A DNA stretch of 64,000 nucleotides from Lama guanicoe (GCA_013239625.1 MU053557.1:999063-1063062); one strand, 5' to 3'. Counted from the first letter of the stretch, positions 1 to 12,800 are shown. Program-made: numbers and translations. Notes: generated by a model from the sequence alone, not told the origin.

Positions 1-900
1 TCTCCAGACTGTAGTCCTGATGCTAGTCCTGAGATGGATCCACAGGCCTCATAATAATGAAAAGATTGATTGTAAATCCCATGTGAATGGCACAGCTGTA
101 ATGTGTTGATGTCTTCATAATCAACAGATTTATTTATACAGTCTTGTTTTGCATGAGAAATGTCTGATATGGGATTGTTGGTAAAATATTTACAGATCTT
201 CAAATTATCTTTTGAAAGGAGGGGCTGGAAATTGAATTGAACAATATAAGGTCTTCATTAGGCTCTTGTCACATGCCAGGTTTCTGTGTATTTGCTTTGA
301 TTTGATTCCGGTTGGCTTTGTGGTTTTTTTTCCCCCCCAGTGATATACGATGTCAATTTATCAGGTAAAAATTCCTCATTCAGTGGAAGGGGGAGGCCAG
401 TGAATTCTCAGGAAAAGCAGAGCTGGTTTTGGATTTCACCGTGGGCGTAAACCTGGGTACATTTGTCTCCTCTATAGTTATTTTTCTATTCATCCCAAAC
501 CTTATCTGAATAGATAATAAACCACTTCATGAGCAGATGTGCCACTTATTCATCTAGTTCCGTAACGATAATGAAGAAAATTTAATCTGAAGTGTCTGTG
601 GAAGATGAACTAAAGCCAGATTGGTATGAATAATAAAGGCTCTGAAATGTTGGGCCCCACGTGAGACACCAGTCATGACGTACTTGACGGTGACAGAGTC
701 CAGTGGTGCACAGGAACCACCACCTCCTGGTGCTGGATCCACAAAGAGCTGCTGTTTCTGCACATGTAAACATTCAAAGTTGCTTAGAGCATAAAGAAGC
801 ATAAAGGATACATTTTCTTGCAGCTGGAAGTAACATCTGACATTGCAAAAAGCTGCAAATGTGTTGGAGGGATTGCTTTATTCAAATAAATGTAAGAAAC
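1..900 (+). other. Possible terminal exon / 3'UTR of an unidentified gene
   Basis: The window opens with tctccag (acceptor-like). One frame reads SPDCSPDASPEMDPQAS then TAA TAA TGA (52-60); another reads LQTVVLMLVLRWIHRPHNNEKIDCKSHVNGTAVMC*. Repeat-free sequence follows, with an AU-rich TTATTTAT and AATAAA at 516, 632 and 885. The gene is not recognised. Confidence 0.3.
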
Positions 901-1759
901 TCAAAAACATGTGCATCTTAACATTTTTGTTAAAAAAAAAACAAATTGAGACCAATTTCCCTCTAAACTGTGCAAAATGATCTCTTGGGAGATAATGATT
1001 AGCTTGAAACCTGCTGCACATTTGACCTTAGTTTTATACACGATACATAGCTGCTCTTGACGTAAAGGGACAGGTGGTCTCTGTAGCTAGAAGGCACTTG
1101 AGTGTTCAGTGAACTCCAAACAGGACTTTGTAATATGGATTGTGTTTCTTTCTCATTCCTTATTGAATTCAGTGCATTACACAACCACAACAGCTTATAG
1201 ACTCTAAAAACGTGGGTTTTGTCCAGCATTAGCCACATACCCAACATTTTCAAAACAGTTACCTTTCCTCTGTGCTTTTGTGTCTGTTTGGAAAACGAAT
1301 ATCAGTTCCCCTTGTGGATATATTGGCCTGAATGGCCTTTATAAGTTGTACTTTCTTGGTAGATCCTTGTGGCAATGATAGACACCTAAATAATTCTGTC
1401 ATGTTGAAACAATGGCAAGAAGTATATATTGTGCACAGAAAATCCTGCTTTGACCTTTGTGTGTGGCACCACTTAATAATTCAGTTAACAAACCCCATGA
1501 GAAACAGTTTATAATTATTTCTTAAAAGTCAACATGGTTGTAAAATGGCTTGCCAATATAAGCAGAACAGGCAATTTACAATAACAGGTCCATGCTGTAC
1601 TTAGACTTTTCAGTGAATTTAATACTTTTAAGATAGCCAAACCACTAGCCCCAAGGAAATTATCAACCTGTTTCTTTATAGTACAAACAGAATATGAAGT
1701 TTTGCCTCAGGAAAGATGTCTTATATTCAAATCAGTGATACTTATTGATATTGAGCTTT

Positions 1760-1870
1760 TCATATGCTACACCACCCACTTTGCTCCCAGCTTTCTTCTC
1801 TCCTGTATCCTGCTTCTGGGAATGGCTCCATTATCCACCAGGCTTTTGCCTCCCATCACTCTCCTTCATT
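1760..1870 (+). mobile_element. L2 LINE fragment
   Basis: tcctgtatcc...gaatggctccattatccacc resembles the L2 consensus. Confidence 0.4.
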
Positions 1871-3807
1871 GTTTCACCCTTTACGCCTGGTCTAGCTTAT
1901 CTATACTCTCATGTTACCTTCTGAAATGAGACCGTCTTACGTGTCTCTTGTGAGCTGTTTGAAGGCAGACACTAAGCCCTACCAGTCTCTGTATCTGAAA
2001 TCCCCAGCGGGGTTCTTACTGGTTAGCAGGGGCTTAGGAAGTGCTTCTTACAGGCTACATGAGTTAACCTGGGTTGAGGTGATAGAGGCTTTGATGATAA
2101 CACAGAATGAAGTAAACCACACAGATAAGCTAAAGCCTTGGAGAATTCTCTCCCACCATCTTTGCCATGTTGAAGGGTTGGAAAACTACTTTAACAGCTA
2201 ATAACATGCATGCCCAGATGTAGGCCTGTAAAACTTCTTGTTGTTAATTTCATTAGCCTGGCCAATTGTTTTAAGACCTCCTGGCTAATCTTCCTTATCT
2301 TGGTTGCCTAAAGCTTTTCATAGCCATGAAGGGAATCTGGACTCTGTCTCATTTTATGGATATCTTCAAAGGCAGGAGGTTCACCATCCTCTCACCCAAA
2401 ATCTGAGTGTCGGAAAATGACTAGAGACATTTTCCATGAATAGCATACAGAATATAGAATTCTGGAAAAGATTGACACCAAAGGCCACCCTTCTTGATGT
2501 GCATGGGAGGATGAGATGGTGAGTGATTTGCTGTAGTATATATCCCTTTGTAAGGAGCTTGAGATGACGCATAGCACTTAGTCCTGGAGTCTTTGGACTT
2601 TATTAGGAGAGTGACATTTCCCAAGTTACTGCAGATCAGCTTTATGTGTTTATTCTAGGTAATCTCTGGACATGTAAGATGCAAGGGCTATAGTGGATAG
2701 GGTTCTTGGATTTTTTTTTTAAAGGCTCACTACTGTGAGTCCTTCCTCCTTTCTGAGTGAGAATTCTGAGGGTGACTGTAATACTCAGGATTCCAGAATG
2801 AAGGGGATGGCTAAGGGGAAAGGACCAGGAGTGGCTCCCAGCTTGTCTGTAGTTGCATCTTAAGCAAGAAGAAGGATGGAGAATCCTGAAGGCTCCTGTG
2901 TCCTTCTACTCAAGGCCAAATTAAGGCATCACTCATTGTGTAAATGAGAAGAGTTTAAGATGCTGTTGGACCCTGACCATGTGATGGCAATTCCCTCGTG
3001 AGTGTTGACTCACCTTCCTCCTCTGACTTCACTTCTGTTTACCTATTTTAAGAGCCTGAGTTCAAGACCAGCTTGAATCCTGCTTATACTGGAAAAGATT
3101 TTCTGACCTAACTCAAATTCTTACATTAAAATATATATGTGTCTTATCTTATTGACTGGATTTAATTCAATTCTTTGAACATTTGGTGAGTGCCAACTGC
3201 ATACTGGATATTTTTGCATGTGTTTGTGTATTTCCAACTCTACCCTACTTCCAGTTACCACAGCTTTTACAGTCATCGTGGCATAAATATTGATTAATTA
3301 GCACCTGGTTTTACTAACAGTGATAGGAAAAGCATCCAGACGTAGTTCTGTACTCTGCAGCTTTATTAAAATATTGTACAGTCAACATTCCTACGATGCC
3401 AGAATATTATTCCAAGTTGCCCTTCCTCACCTGGCCATTATTGATGTGAAGATTCCAGCAACGTCACTGACAGACTAATTGAATGAATTGGCTAAGTGTT
3501 TCAATGTTTCAAAGATGTCTTTTTCTTTGTAATTTTGAAGTAAATCCTTTATAATCCATAATGTCAGTATTTTCCAAAAGAGTACTGTATTTCACTTAAG
3601 ATCATGGAATTTAGCAGAAAACAGGCTTTTCAGTATGACAATGAATCTTTAGTCTTCTTTTATTAACTTTTTGGTATGCTCAGAGAACAGTCTTTCACTA
3701 TTTATGCATGTTTAATGATTTTTCACTCCTTTTTTTTTCCAGACTTTTTTCTTCCTTTTAAATGTATACCCCATTTGAAGAAACCCAGTTCCTATGATGG
3801 TTTTAAA

Positions 3808-4460
3808 AATCAGCTTTATGGAGGTGTAATTTACAAACACTAAAATTACCATTACATGTACAATAGAGATTTGATCATTTAATATAGTTAAATAATTACC
3901 ACTACAATAAAAACACAAAACAACATGTAATCTCAAAAAGCTTTCCTGGGCCAGTTGAAAGTTAGTTCCTTATCCCCATCAGGGCCTCTTGCAACACCTG
4001 ATCTGTCACTCTGGTTTGGCCTTTTCTCAATTTTCGTATCAGTAGAATCATGCAATATGGAGTCCTGTGTCTAGCTTATTTCACTCAGCATAATGCTTTG
4101 AGAATTATCCATGTTGTTGCATGTTTCAGTAGTGTTTCTTTTTATTGCTGAGTAGTAGTCCATAACACATATGGACTACAGTTTATTTTTCTACCAGTTG
4201 ATGGACATCTTGATGTTTTCTTATTTTGAGCCATTATCAAACATCTGTGAACATCTGCATCTAAGTCTTTGTGCAGATGTCTGTGTTTTATTTCTCTTGG
4301 TTAAATACCTAGGAGTGAGATTATTGGGTCATGGTAATTGCTAGCTTCTTATAAAAACACAATGCAAACTGTTCCAAAGATAATGTTATTTTCTGTTCCT
4401 GTCAGTAGTGTATGAAATTTGCAGTCACGCCACATACTTCCAAATATGTGATACTGTTAA
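3808..4460 (-). mobile_element. Old L1M 3' end (L1MC/MD/ME-type)
   Basis: cagctttatggaggtgtaatttaca..., gcttatttcactcagcataatg, ttgctgagtagtagtccat and aaatacctaggagtgagatt are antisense L1 3'UTR/ORF2-end motifs. Confidence 0.85.
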
Positions 4461-4469
4461 CCTGAGAAT

Positions 4470-4910
4470 TCATGAGTCCCTAATTATCCTTTTAATATCT
4501 GTAGTTATGTCTTCTCTTTCATCCTTGGCATTAGTAATCTTATCTGCTTTATTTCCTTGACCAGTATGACTAAAAACTATCAATTTTATTTATATTTTTG
4601 GTATTACTGATCTCTGGTTTTTCTGTCTTTAACTTCATTTGTTTCTTCTCTTTATTATTTCCTTCCTTCTGCTCAATTCAAGTATAACTGTCTTCTCCAG
4701 TTTCTCAAATAGAAGTCTAGATCAGTGATTTGAAACCCTTTTTAAGTATAACCATTCAATGCTATAAATTTCCCTTTAAGCATCATTTTACTCACATCCA
4801 CAAACTTTAAGATGTTGTGGTTTCATTTTCATTTAGTTAAAATATTTTATAATTTTTGTTATTTCTTCTTTGACCTTTGGATCATTTAGAGTGTGTTTTA
4901 AAATTTTATA
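4470..4910 (-). mobile_element. Old L1 ORF2 (endonuclease region) fragment
   Basis: tttattatttccttccttctgct, gctataaatttccctttaagca and ttcttctttgacc are antisense ORF2 5' motifs. Confidence 0.75.
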
Positions 4911-5159
4911 ATGTTTGTAATGGTTTGCTTAAATAAAACAGTAACATTTACTTGGCCGGAATTGAGAGTACTTGGACGATTTAGTTATATGGTATTAAGC
5001 TTAATTTGCTTAAATTTTGAACCAGAGCTTTAATCACATAGAACCTGCTCTCTTAGGATAATGTCTAACCATCTATGTGCCATAGATATTATGTACAAGT
5101 ATCTTACTTTTGAGTTACAAGTAGGAGGATATCATGTCTTCTTTAAAGAATAAGACACC

Positions 5160-5457
5160 ATTCCACATTCCATTTCTATGAGATTGGCTATTTTAGATAC
5201 CTCATACAAGTGGAATCATGCGGTTCTGTCCTGTTACTGGCTTATTTCGCTTAGCTTAATGCCTCAAGCTTCATCCATATTGTTTAGTGTGGCAAATTTT
5301 TCATTTTTAAGGCTTGGAGTATCTTATTGTATTCACATACCACATTTCTTTATCCATTCGACTGTCGATAGCAACCATTTAATTAGCTCCATGTCTTGGC
5401 TATCTTGAGATATATGCACTACCATGTTCATTTCAGCATTATTCATAGCAGCTAGGA
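5160..5457 (-). mobile_element. L1MA-type 3' fragment with inverted 5' segment
   Basis: Antisense 3'UTR at 5160-5404 (acaagtggaatcatg...ggcttatttcgcttagc), then a sense ORF2-end piece gagatatatgcactaccatgttcatttcagcattattca at 5407-5457. Confidence 0.75.
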
Positions 5458-5499
5458 TCAATCATCTTTCTTTTTCTTTCTGTCAACTCTTTCAGCTTA

Positions 5500-6110
5500 T
5501 TTCTTTTATTGAAGTATAGTTGATTTACAATGTTTTCGGTTTTAAGGGGCAAGATGGGTTAGGAGATTAAGAGATACAGATTACTATGTATAAAACAGCT
5601 AAGCAGCAAGGATATATTGTACAGCACAGGAAAATATAGCCATTATTTTGTAATAACTATAAATGGGGTGCAGTCTATCAAAATACTGAATTTGTTCCAG
5701 TATTGTGGAGAATGTCATGGGTATTTTCATAGGGGTTGCATTAAATCTGTAGATTGCTCTGGGTGGTGTGGACATTTAAACAATATTTCTGCAATCCATG
5801 AACAAGGGATATCTTTCCATTTCTTAGTATCATCATCAGTTTCCTTCACCAGTGCTTTATAGTTTTCAGAGTATAGGTCTTGAAAATCCTTGGTTAGGAT
5901 TAACTTTATTCCTAGGTATTTTATTCTTTTCGATGTGATTTTTAAATGAGGTTTTTCTCTTGGTTTCTCTTCTCGATAGTTGATTATTATTGTATGGAAA
6001 AGCAACAGATCTCTGTATATTCTTATATTCTGCAACTGTACTGAATTCATTTATTCTAGTACTGTTCTTGGTGGAGACTTTAGGGTTTTCTGTATGTGGC
6101 ATCATGTCAA
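5500..6110 (-). mobile_element. Rearranged cetartiodactyl-type L1 (3' tip -, inverted 3'UTR +, ORF2 -)
   Basis: ttttattgaagtatagttgatttacaatg (-); a sense 3'UTR block at 5545-5691; the - strand ORF 5727-6050 reads [41 protein letters not shown], typical of L1 ORF2 after the RT domain. Confidence 0.85.
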
Positions 6111-6114
6111 GATG

Positions 6115-6610
6115 TCACCTTTTTTAATGTGGGTTTTACAGCTATAAATCTATGCAAGCATGGTTTTTGTTTTTTTTAAAATCACGTTTTGATGGGCATT
6201 CATGTAAAAATATTTTTTAAATCTCATTGTAATTTCTTTTCTGATGCTCTGGTCATTTAGGGAATATGTTACTTATCACATGATTGTGAATTTTCCAAAT
6301 TTTCTTCTGTTACTGATGACTCACATCATCACATTGCAGTTGGAGAATGTTTTTTGCATGATCTCAGAAAGGGCTCTTACTGAGCCTTTTAAACTAATTT
6401 TATGCCCTGTGGTCAATACTCTGTGCCATGTACGCTTGAGAAGAATGTGTATTTTTTTTTGTTGGGAGGAGTGTTCTGTGGATGTCTAATTAGTACTGTT
6501 ATTCAGATCTATTCCCTTGCTGATCTTGTGTCTAGTAATTCTGTTATTGAAAATTGACATTGAAGTCTCTAGCAATTATTGTCAAATTGTCTATTTCTTC
6601 TAGAACCTCT
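6115..6610 (-). mobile_element. Old L1 ORF2 endonuclease-region fragment
   Basis: ccatgtacgcttgagaagaatgtgtatt and ttgaagtctctagcaattattgt are antisense L1 motifs. Confidence 0.75.
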
Positions 6611-6659
6611 ATTTTTTTAACAGTCACTTTTGACTGTGCCATATAACAACACCTAATAT

Positions 6660-6860
6660 TTGTTTGCAAACATTATATCGTTCATAAAACATTTGTGCAT
6701 AATTTGTCACTAAACTTTTACTGCAACCTTAAGAAGTAGTGCTCTTTTACCCTGTTATTGAATAGTTAAGAAAATGCTTTTAAAAGAAGTAATACCCTGA
6801 CCAAGTAGAAGCTGGTGAAGCTGTTGCTTGAACTCAGGTTTGTTAAAGTCCTGTACACTT
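6660..6860 (-). mobile_element. MIR SINE
   Basis: Degenerate MIR core (caaccttaagaagtag...cttgaactcaggtttg). Confidence 0.5.
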
Positions 6861-8084
6861 TCCAGTGTGCCGTGATGCGATCTCCCCATTTCCCCAGGCA
6901 TCAAGATAATACCCCTGTAACTGCTCTTCATGAGTAAGATTTTGCCCACTTTCCTTTTGTTCAGACCACCCTGGACCTGCTCCTTCTGCAGCCTACCTAT
7001 TTGGCAGAGTCCATGTCTGGCCCTCACCCAGGTATCTATGTCTTTAGCTCACATCCTGGATTGGCATCTTCTGGTATTAAAATTCCACCCAGTTTTTTGG
7101 CCAAGAGCCAACAAGCTCTGGTGATGGCAGCCAGACCTACACACCTGTCCATTCAAACACTGCCAGCTGGGTAGCATCCCCCTCTGCCAGCCACCTGCCT
7201 ACATTTATCTTCTTCTGCCAAACCACCTCTTTCCCAGTCCCGGCTCCAGCTGAACCCTTCTCTTGGCACACCTGAGAGGAGCATGCAGGACAGGAGGAAG
7301 GCTTTAGCTTTATTTTTAATGAACTAATTTTTGTTTAATGAAATTTTGTGGCTATACATTATGTGTATCTATGCAATTATATGTAACTTAGAAGTGATAT
7401 ATAAACATACATACACAGCAAGAAGTGAAGTTTTGAATTCTTAGGGTTTTGGGTATCTTATTTTTTTCCTATATATTTTCTCTAAAAGCGTTTTGGAAGT
7501 TCAAAAAAAAAAAAAGGAGGAATACATTTTAAAAATTAGCAGAAGGACTTTTGAGTTGTGAAATTGAGGACAACTTAGTTTTGCTCATTTTGATATTCAG
7601 TATAGAAAGTGGCCCTGACCTGCCTTTTGGAATGGTGTAAGAGACTGGGTGAATTAGTATTGTGGGAATTTACACATCTTGCTTAGCAAAGGTTGCCCCT
7701 GCTTCATTAGACTATTCATAAATTATTTGATTTTAATGAGAAAGGATGAGAATATTAATCAAATCTAACCATGGACAACTGGAGACAGTTTTGGAAGAGT
7801 AGATGCTTGTGTTATTCATCTTTTATGTAATCGCAGATATCAATTCAACACCAACAATGCTTCAAAAATTAGAGGTTCTAGTGCACTGTTCATCCCCTCA
7901 TGAGGTCCAGTGACAATGAAATAGGCAGAAAGTAAAACAGTAATTTTAAAACAATGTGATAAATACTGTAATAAAGATAGGAATGTAATGTTTTAGGAGT
8001 GTCCTGCTTCTGGCAATGATTAAATAAACGGTAGATTTCCTCTTTCACAGTAAATGGCTGGAACACTGGATCAAGTGTATTAAA

Positions 8085-8405
8085 TAGCTTTTGGGCAGGA
8101 TTGCCTGCAAAGGGAAACTTTGGGATAATGGAAGTGTTCGATATCTTGATTATGAGGGTGTTTACATCAGTATCTGATAATCAGATCTCAAACTCATCAG
8201 TCTTTATCCATGAAAATGGGTATTTTTTGATATAAAATCATACTCATATAGTGATTAAGTGAAACAAGACTCTTACTCCATAATTGGAAAATATACAATT
8301 AAAAAATAAAGTTGAGATGGATCATAGACCTAAACGTCAAAGCAAAAACTTTAAAATTTCTAGTAGGAAATATTTTTGTAAACTTGAGTGGGCCAAAGCT
8401 TTTCC
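8085..8405 (+). mobile_element. Old L1M fragments (3'UTR piece and ORF2 piece)
   Basis: gggataatggaagtgttcgatatcttgatt; gatggatcatagacctaaacgtcaaagcaaaaactttaaaa. Confidence 0.65.
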
Positions 8406-8699
8406 CAAGAGGGGGCAAAAAGCATTTTAAAAGTGTTTGGGGAACCCAAAGAAACAGGTAACATCTGCTTGGAGAAGGCTTTACAGAAAAGGTGCCTTGA
8501 TGGAAGTGCAAGAACAGACTTCTGGTGGCTGTGTGAGAGACGTGCAGAATGGGGGCACTGCCGCACACAGGGAGATGACTTAGAGATGGTGGCAACAAGG
8601 AAGAAAAAGAAGAAAAGGAATACATTCTCACAGGGGCCTCAGTGTCTCCCTCCAGGGAGACAGTGTAAGTGTGTAAAGCAATCTAGGTAGGAGATGGTA

Positions 8700-8960
8700 G
8701 GGAGAGGAGGGGGCTGCGGTAAATGGCACAGTCTTGCCCCATCTGAAGAGGGCAGCCATGCTCACTTCTAAGCTAGTTATTCTTTTGTAGGAATGCAGGC
8801 TGAGGGCTGTCAAATCTGACTTTTCTTGCAGGGAAAGTGGGGAACCCAAACTTGTACACAGAATTTCTTGAATTTTAAACTTTGGAAGGCTGTGCCGGCT
8901 AACACTCTGAGTCAAACAAAACATCAACACATACACACAGTTCCGGGCAAAATATGTATT
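8700..8960. mobile_element. hAT-Charlie non-autonomous fossil (MER102-like)
   Basis: tgtcaaatctgacttttc...gaacccaaactt...caaacaaaacatc resembles MER102. Confidence 0.4.
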
Positions 8961-9014
8961 GTAGATCAACAGTTGATGACCTTGAATTTGAATATGTGGG
9001 ACTTATTAAATCTT

Positions 9015-9270
9015 TGAACGGGGATGGTGAGAGATGATGCAAAGTTTTCTGGCTGGGGCAAGTGTTTGGATAGTGATTTCAATAATGGAAACAGGAAATT
9101 AGGAGGCAAGAGTATATGCGTTTGCATATAATGATAGTGACTTTGTTTGGAGTGTTACAATTGAGGTGCTTGTATGAGTAAACAAACCTTCCTCTTCCAG
9201 AGGGTGCTGGAATATGAGTCTCTGATCTCTTGTCAAAGGACAAGATCTGGGGAAATGTGATGTGGTAACT
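9015..9270 (-). mobile_element. L2 fragment
   Basis: gatgatgcaaagttttctggct...ttgaggtgcttgt is an antisense L2 pattern. Confidence 0.5.
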
Positions 9271-9479
9271 ATGGTTGGAGTCCTGTGTTTGTTTTTGTTT
9301 GTAGGATTTATCTTAACCATATCAAACCTAATTTCCTTATACCACTACTTAACGTTCATTGTTCCAACAACTACTTCGTGATACTTTCAGTGCTTTACTG
9401 AACAGTACAATATTTGGTTTTTATTAACATACTCTTCTTATTTTATCCCTAAGTTCTCTGGTAGAAGGGGTGGATGTGT

Positions 9480-9815
9480 CTTTAAAAAGGTAGAACAAAG
9501 GATCCTTGTGATAGGACTGCTCTCTGTATCTTGAGTGAAGTGATGGCTGCATGAATCTACGCCTGTGCTAAAACTGCATCGAACTAAATACACACACACA
9601 CACACACACACACACATGCATGTAATGAGACACATGAAGCTAGAAAAATCTGTGTAAAGTTGATGGATTTTGTACACATCAATTTCCTGGCTGCAGGATT
9701 AGCTGTGAAATGTTACCATTGGGAGGGAAACTGGGTGAGAGGTACATGAGATCTTTTTGTGTTAGATAACTGTACGTGAATCTTCAGTGATCTCAAAATA
9801 AAAAGCTAAAAAAAA
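9480..9815 (+). mobile_element. L1MC 3' end with (CA)n
   Basis: tgttaccattgggagggaaactgggtgagaggtaca...tctcaaaataaaaag; (CA)n at ~9589-9616. Confidence 0.8.
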
Positions 9816-10129
9816 GCAATTAAAGGATATTTGAGTGTGTTTTTAATCTCTGAAATTGACCTAGAAACCAAAGGCACAAACTGTCCCTTAATGGCCGTAT
9901 CAGAGAGAGAATGACGTAGTTGGACAGCTCATGGTTATGACCAGTGTGACATCACTTAGTCATTTTCTTCATATTTATGGTGCAAGCCTCCTCTTGGCAG
10001 GCACTGCCATAGTCGCTGTATACAGTGCTGAGTATGATCCGTGCTGTCAGGGATAGCAATATCTAGTAATGCAGATGCCTGTATTGAAAGCAAGGAAAAT
10101 TGAGCACGGAGACCATGATGTCACAGTGT

Positions 10130-10497
10130 GGGGGAATCTAGGAGGTACTATGCTAAGTGAAATAAGTCAGAGAGAGACAAGTGCTCTGTTCTATCTTACA
10201 CGTGGAATCTAAAAAAAATTTAAAACTAGTAAATATAAGAAACAGATACAGAGAACAAATGATGGTTAACAGTGGGAAGAGGGAAATGGGGAAGGTCCAG
10301 ATAGGGGTTGGGATTAGAAGATACAAACTAATCTGTATAAAATTGATAAGCGACTAAGATCTATTTTACAGCACGAGAAATACAGCCACTGTTTCCTAAT
10401 AACTTCGGAGTATAATGTATAAAAGTATTGAATCATTGTCTTGTTCAGCTGTAGCTAATATATTGTGAGTCTACTATACTTGAATTAAAAAAAAAAT
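10130..10497 (+). mobile_element. L1 3' end (L1MA/cetartiodactyl type) with poly(A)
   Basis: tatgctaagtgaaataagtcaga...ggaatctaaaaaa...actatacttgaattaaaaaaaaaa. Confidence 0.85.
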
Positions 10498-11184
10498 CCC
10501 CTGGAGAAGATCCTTCCTGAGTCACTAAGCCAATGCTTATTGCTAGGCAGAGGGGTTCTATGATTGTCCAGGGCTGGGTCATTTGCTTACATAGAGCTGG
10601 TGGAGTGGAGACCTCCAAGGCGGCAGGAACTAGCATAGGCAGAAGCAATACTGTGCTCCCTGATGGCGTGCACAGGAAGGGGTGGCAGCTGCAGGTGAAG
10701 GAGTGAACAGCGACCTGTTAGGTGGGGCCCAGGGATCACCCAGAACAGAAATGAGAGATGGCTCTCTCTCCTACCTTGGGAGGGCAGTACGGTAAGAATA
10801 TTTTTGCATGGGTAATAGAAACTGTTTATTGTTCTAAGCTGGAGAAATTGGATATGTACTTGAGTGAGATTAATTTGATCAGAACTTTACAGATGAATTG
10901 GAGAAGGGAGTCATTTGCGGCTTAGATTCTAATTTGAGACTTGCTAGCCTCAAGATACAAAGTAATAGATTCATAGCTTTCCCTTGTTCTTCTTAATAGT
11001 TATTACCAAACAAAAGTAGTGAGCAACTCAATAACCATTTACATTGGGCTGTACAATTGTAGAGTCATTTTTTCAGCTTTCGCTTTTGTTTCTGTCATGT
11101 TTGTGTGTGTGCCTTTTTTTTGGATGGAATGTGGGCACTTCTTACAAATGAATTTTGATTTAAAATCAATTTAAGATTTTTAAA

Positions 11185-11610
11185 ACTTTTTTCAGCTTTA
11201 TTGAGGTATAATTGACAGAAAATGTGAGATACTTAACATGCACATTGTGATGATTTGATGTATGTCCACATATTGAAAGGATTCCTCTCCCATCTAGTTA
11301 ACACATCCATTATATACAGATAGTGATGTGTTATATATCTTTGTATGAATATGTATGGTGATGGAAGTATTATATATATTTGTATGAATATGCATACATA
11401 TTTTGTATGAATAAAAGGTATTTCCATGTATTTGTATGAATAAAATACACACACTTTGGTGAGAACATTTAAGCTCTACTTAGCAATTTTCAGTTACACA
11501 GTACAGTGTTATCAACTATAGTCACACACTATAGATTAGATTCTTGCCCTTTCTTCATCTTAACAGGTGAAAGTTTGTACCCTTTAGCCAACCTCCCCTT
11601 TTCCCACCAC
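11185..11610 (-). mobile_element. L1MA 3' end with internal tandem expansion
   Basis: gctttattgaggtataattgaca...ggtgagaacatttaag...ttatcaactatagtcac; TTGTATGAATA occurs 4 times at 11341-11445. Confidence 0.85.
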
Positions 11611-12469
11611 TGTAGAAACATTCCCTAACTCTTATGTGACAGGTGATGCCCTGTGTTCTCTGGGGTAAAATAAGTTTAGCATCCTCTCTCAGAAAGCTTT
11701 AAATATAGTTGGTGAGGTAAAACACAGGATCACTAAATAATAGGACAAATACGAGAGGAACTTTGTCCTGTGTTCTTTACTGACCTCCACTTGCAGCACA
11801 GTACTGGGGACATGTCGGGTGGTCTGAAAGTATGTGAATCAAGGTGGTCAAAGTGCCCCTGTGTTCACACGGAAATTATCCACTTGCAGCTGTGCTTAGA
11901 AGATTAATGAGGAAATAAGTGTACACAGAAAACATCTAAATGACTGTATTTTTACATGTGGAAACTGCTGGTGCCACAGGCCCACACCATCTGTTGGCTT
12001 GGCAGCTGTGACAGTTGACAGCAGTGCTCAATGGAGAAGCCAGGGCTCACTTCTGGGAGGATAAATGCACTACTGAGCATGGCTGGGAGAGCCAGGGAAC
12101 CGCGGTTAGAGTGGCAAGCCTAGAACTTGCTTCCTTGAGTTTTATACTCACCCAAGGCTTGGAACTCTGAAAATCCCCCTTAGCACAGTCTTCTTACTTA
12201 TTTTCACCCCACATTTTCCTGGTCTCAACTTTAAGGCCATCAAGCTTCCTTATCAAGGTTTTCATGCCTCCCTACTCAGCTGTGTGCCCTATATCACCTG
12301 CTGTATTTTTCACCTCCAACTTTTGCCCAGTCCACTTCGCCAACTTCTAGTCCTGAAATGAACTCTATTTCCAGTTTTGTTGAAAAATCTAGGTTTCTAG
12401 CTAGATAAATTTATGTAAGAATGCTGTTATTCCTTTCTGATTTCACATAGACAAGACAATAAGATTGTA

Positions 12470-12800
12470 AGTCTTGACCTGCTTATCTGCAATTCTAATA
12501 CCAAAGAAAGTTCTGGAAATCACAGGGTTTTGTAATTGACTTGGCAAAACCTGATGTGGCTTGAACTAATTTGTCAACAACCCCTGAACTGACCCGGGGC
12601 TAGTGACATATGTTTTCCTCTTAGTGAGAAGATGAATATTTCACTGAAGAAAAATAGAAGTACAGGATAGCTCCCTTGTCCCTACTTGGGATGACATGTA
12701 ACATATATTTCTACATGTTGTGTCTCTAAAACAGAAAAATTCTGAATTCTGAAGCATGTCCAACCCCAAATGTTTGAGATAAAAAATTGTGGACCCGTAT
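12470..12800. mobile_element. Probable TcMar-Tigger fossil
   Basis: The ends (gacctgcttatctg ... gagataaaaaattgtggacccgta) look like degenerate TIRs ending in TA. Confidence 0.4.

Noticed and set aside
554..802. 82-aa minus-strand ORF (PAPGGGGSCAP...)
   Set aside because: No recognisable homology or splice support; it lies in probable UTR or unique DNA.
5727..6105. ORFs resembling a reverse-transcriptase protein
   Set aside because: These are frameshifted L1 ORF2 fragments, not a gene.
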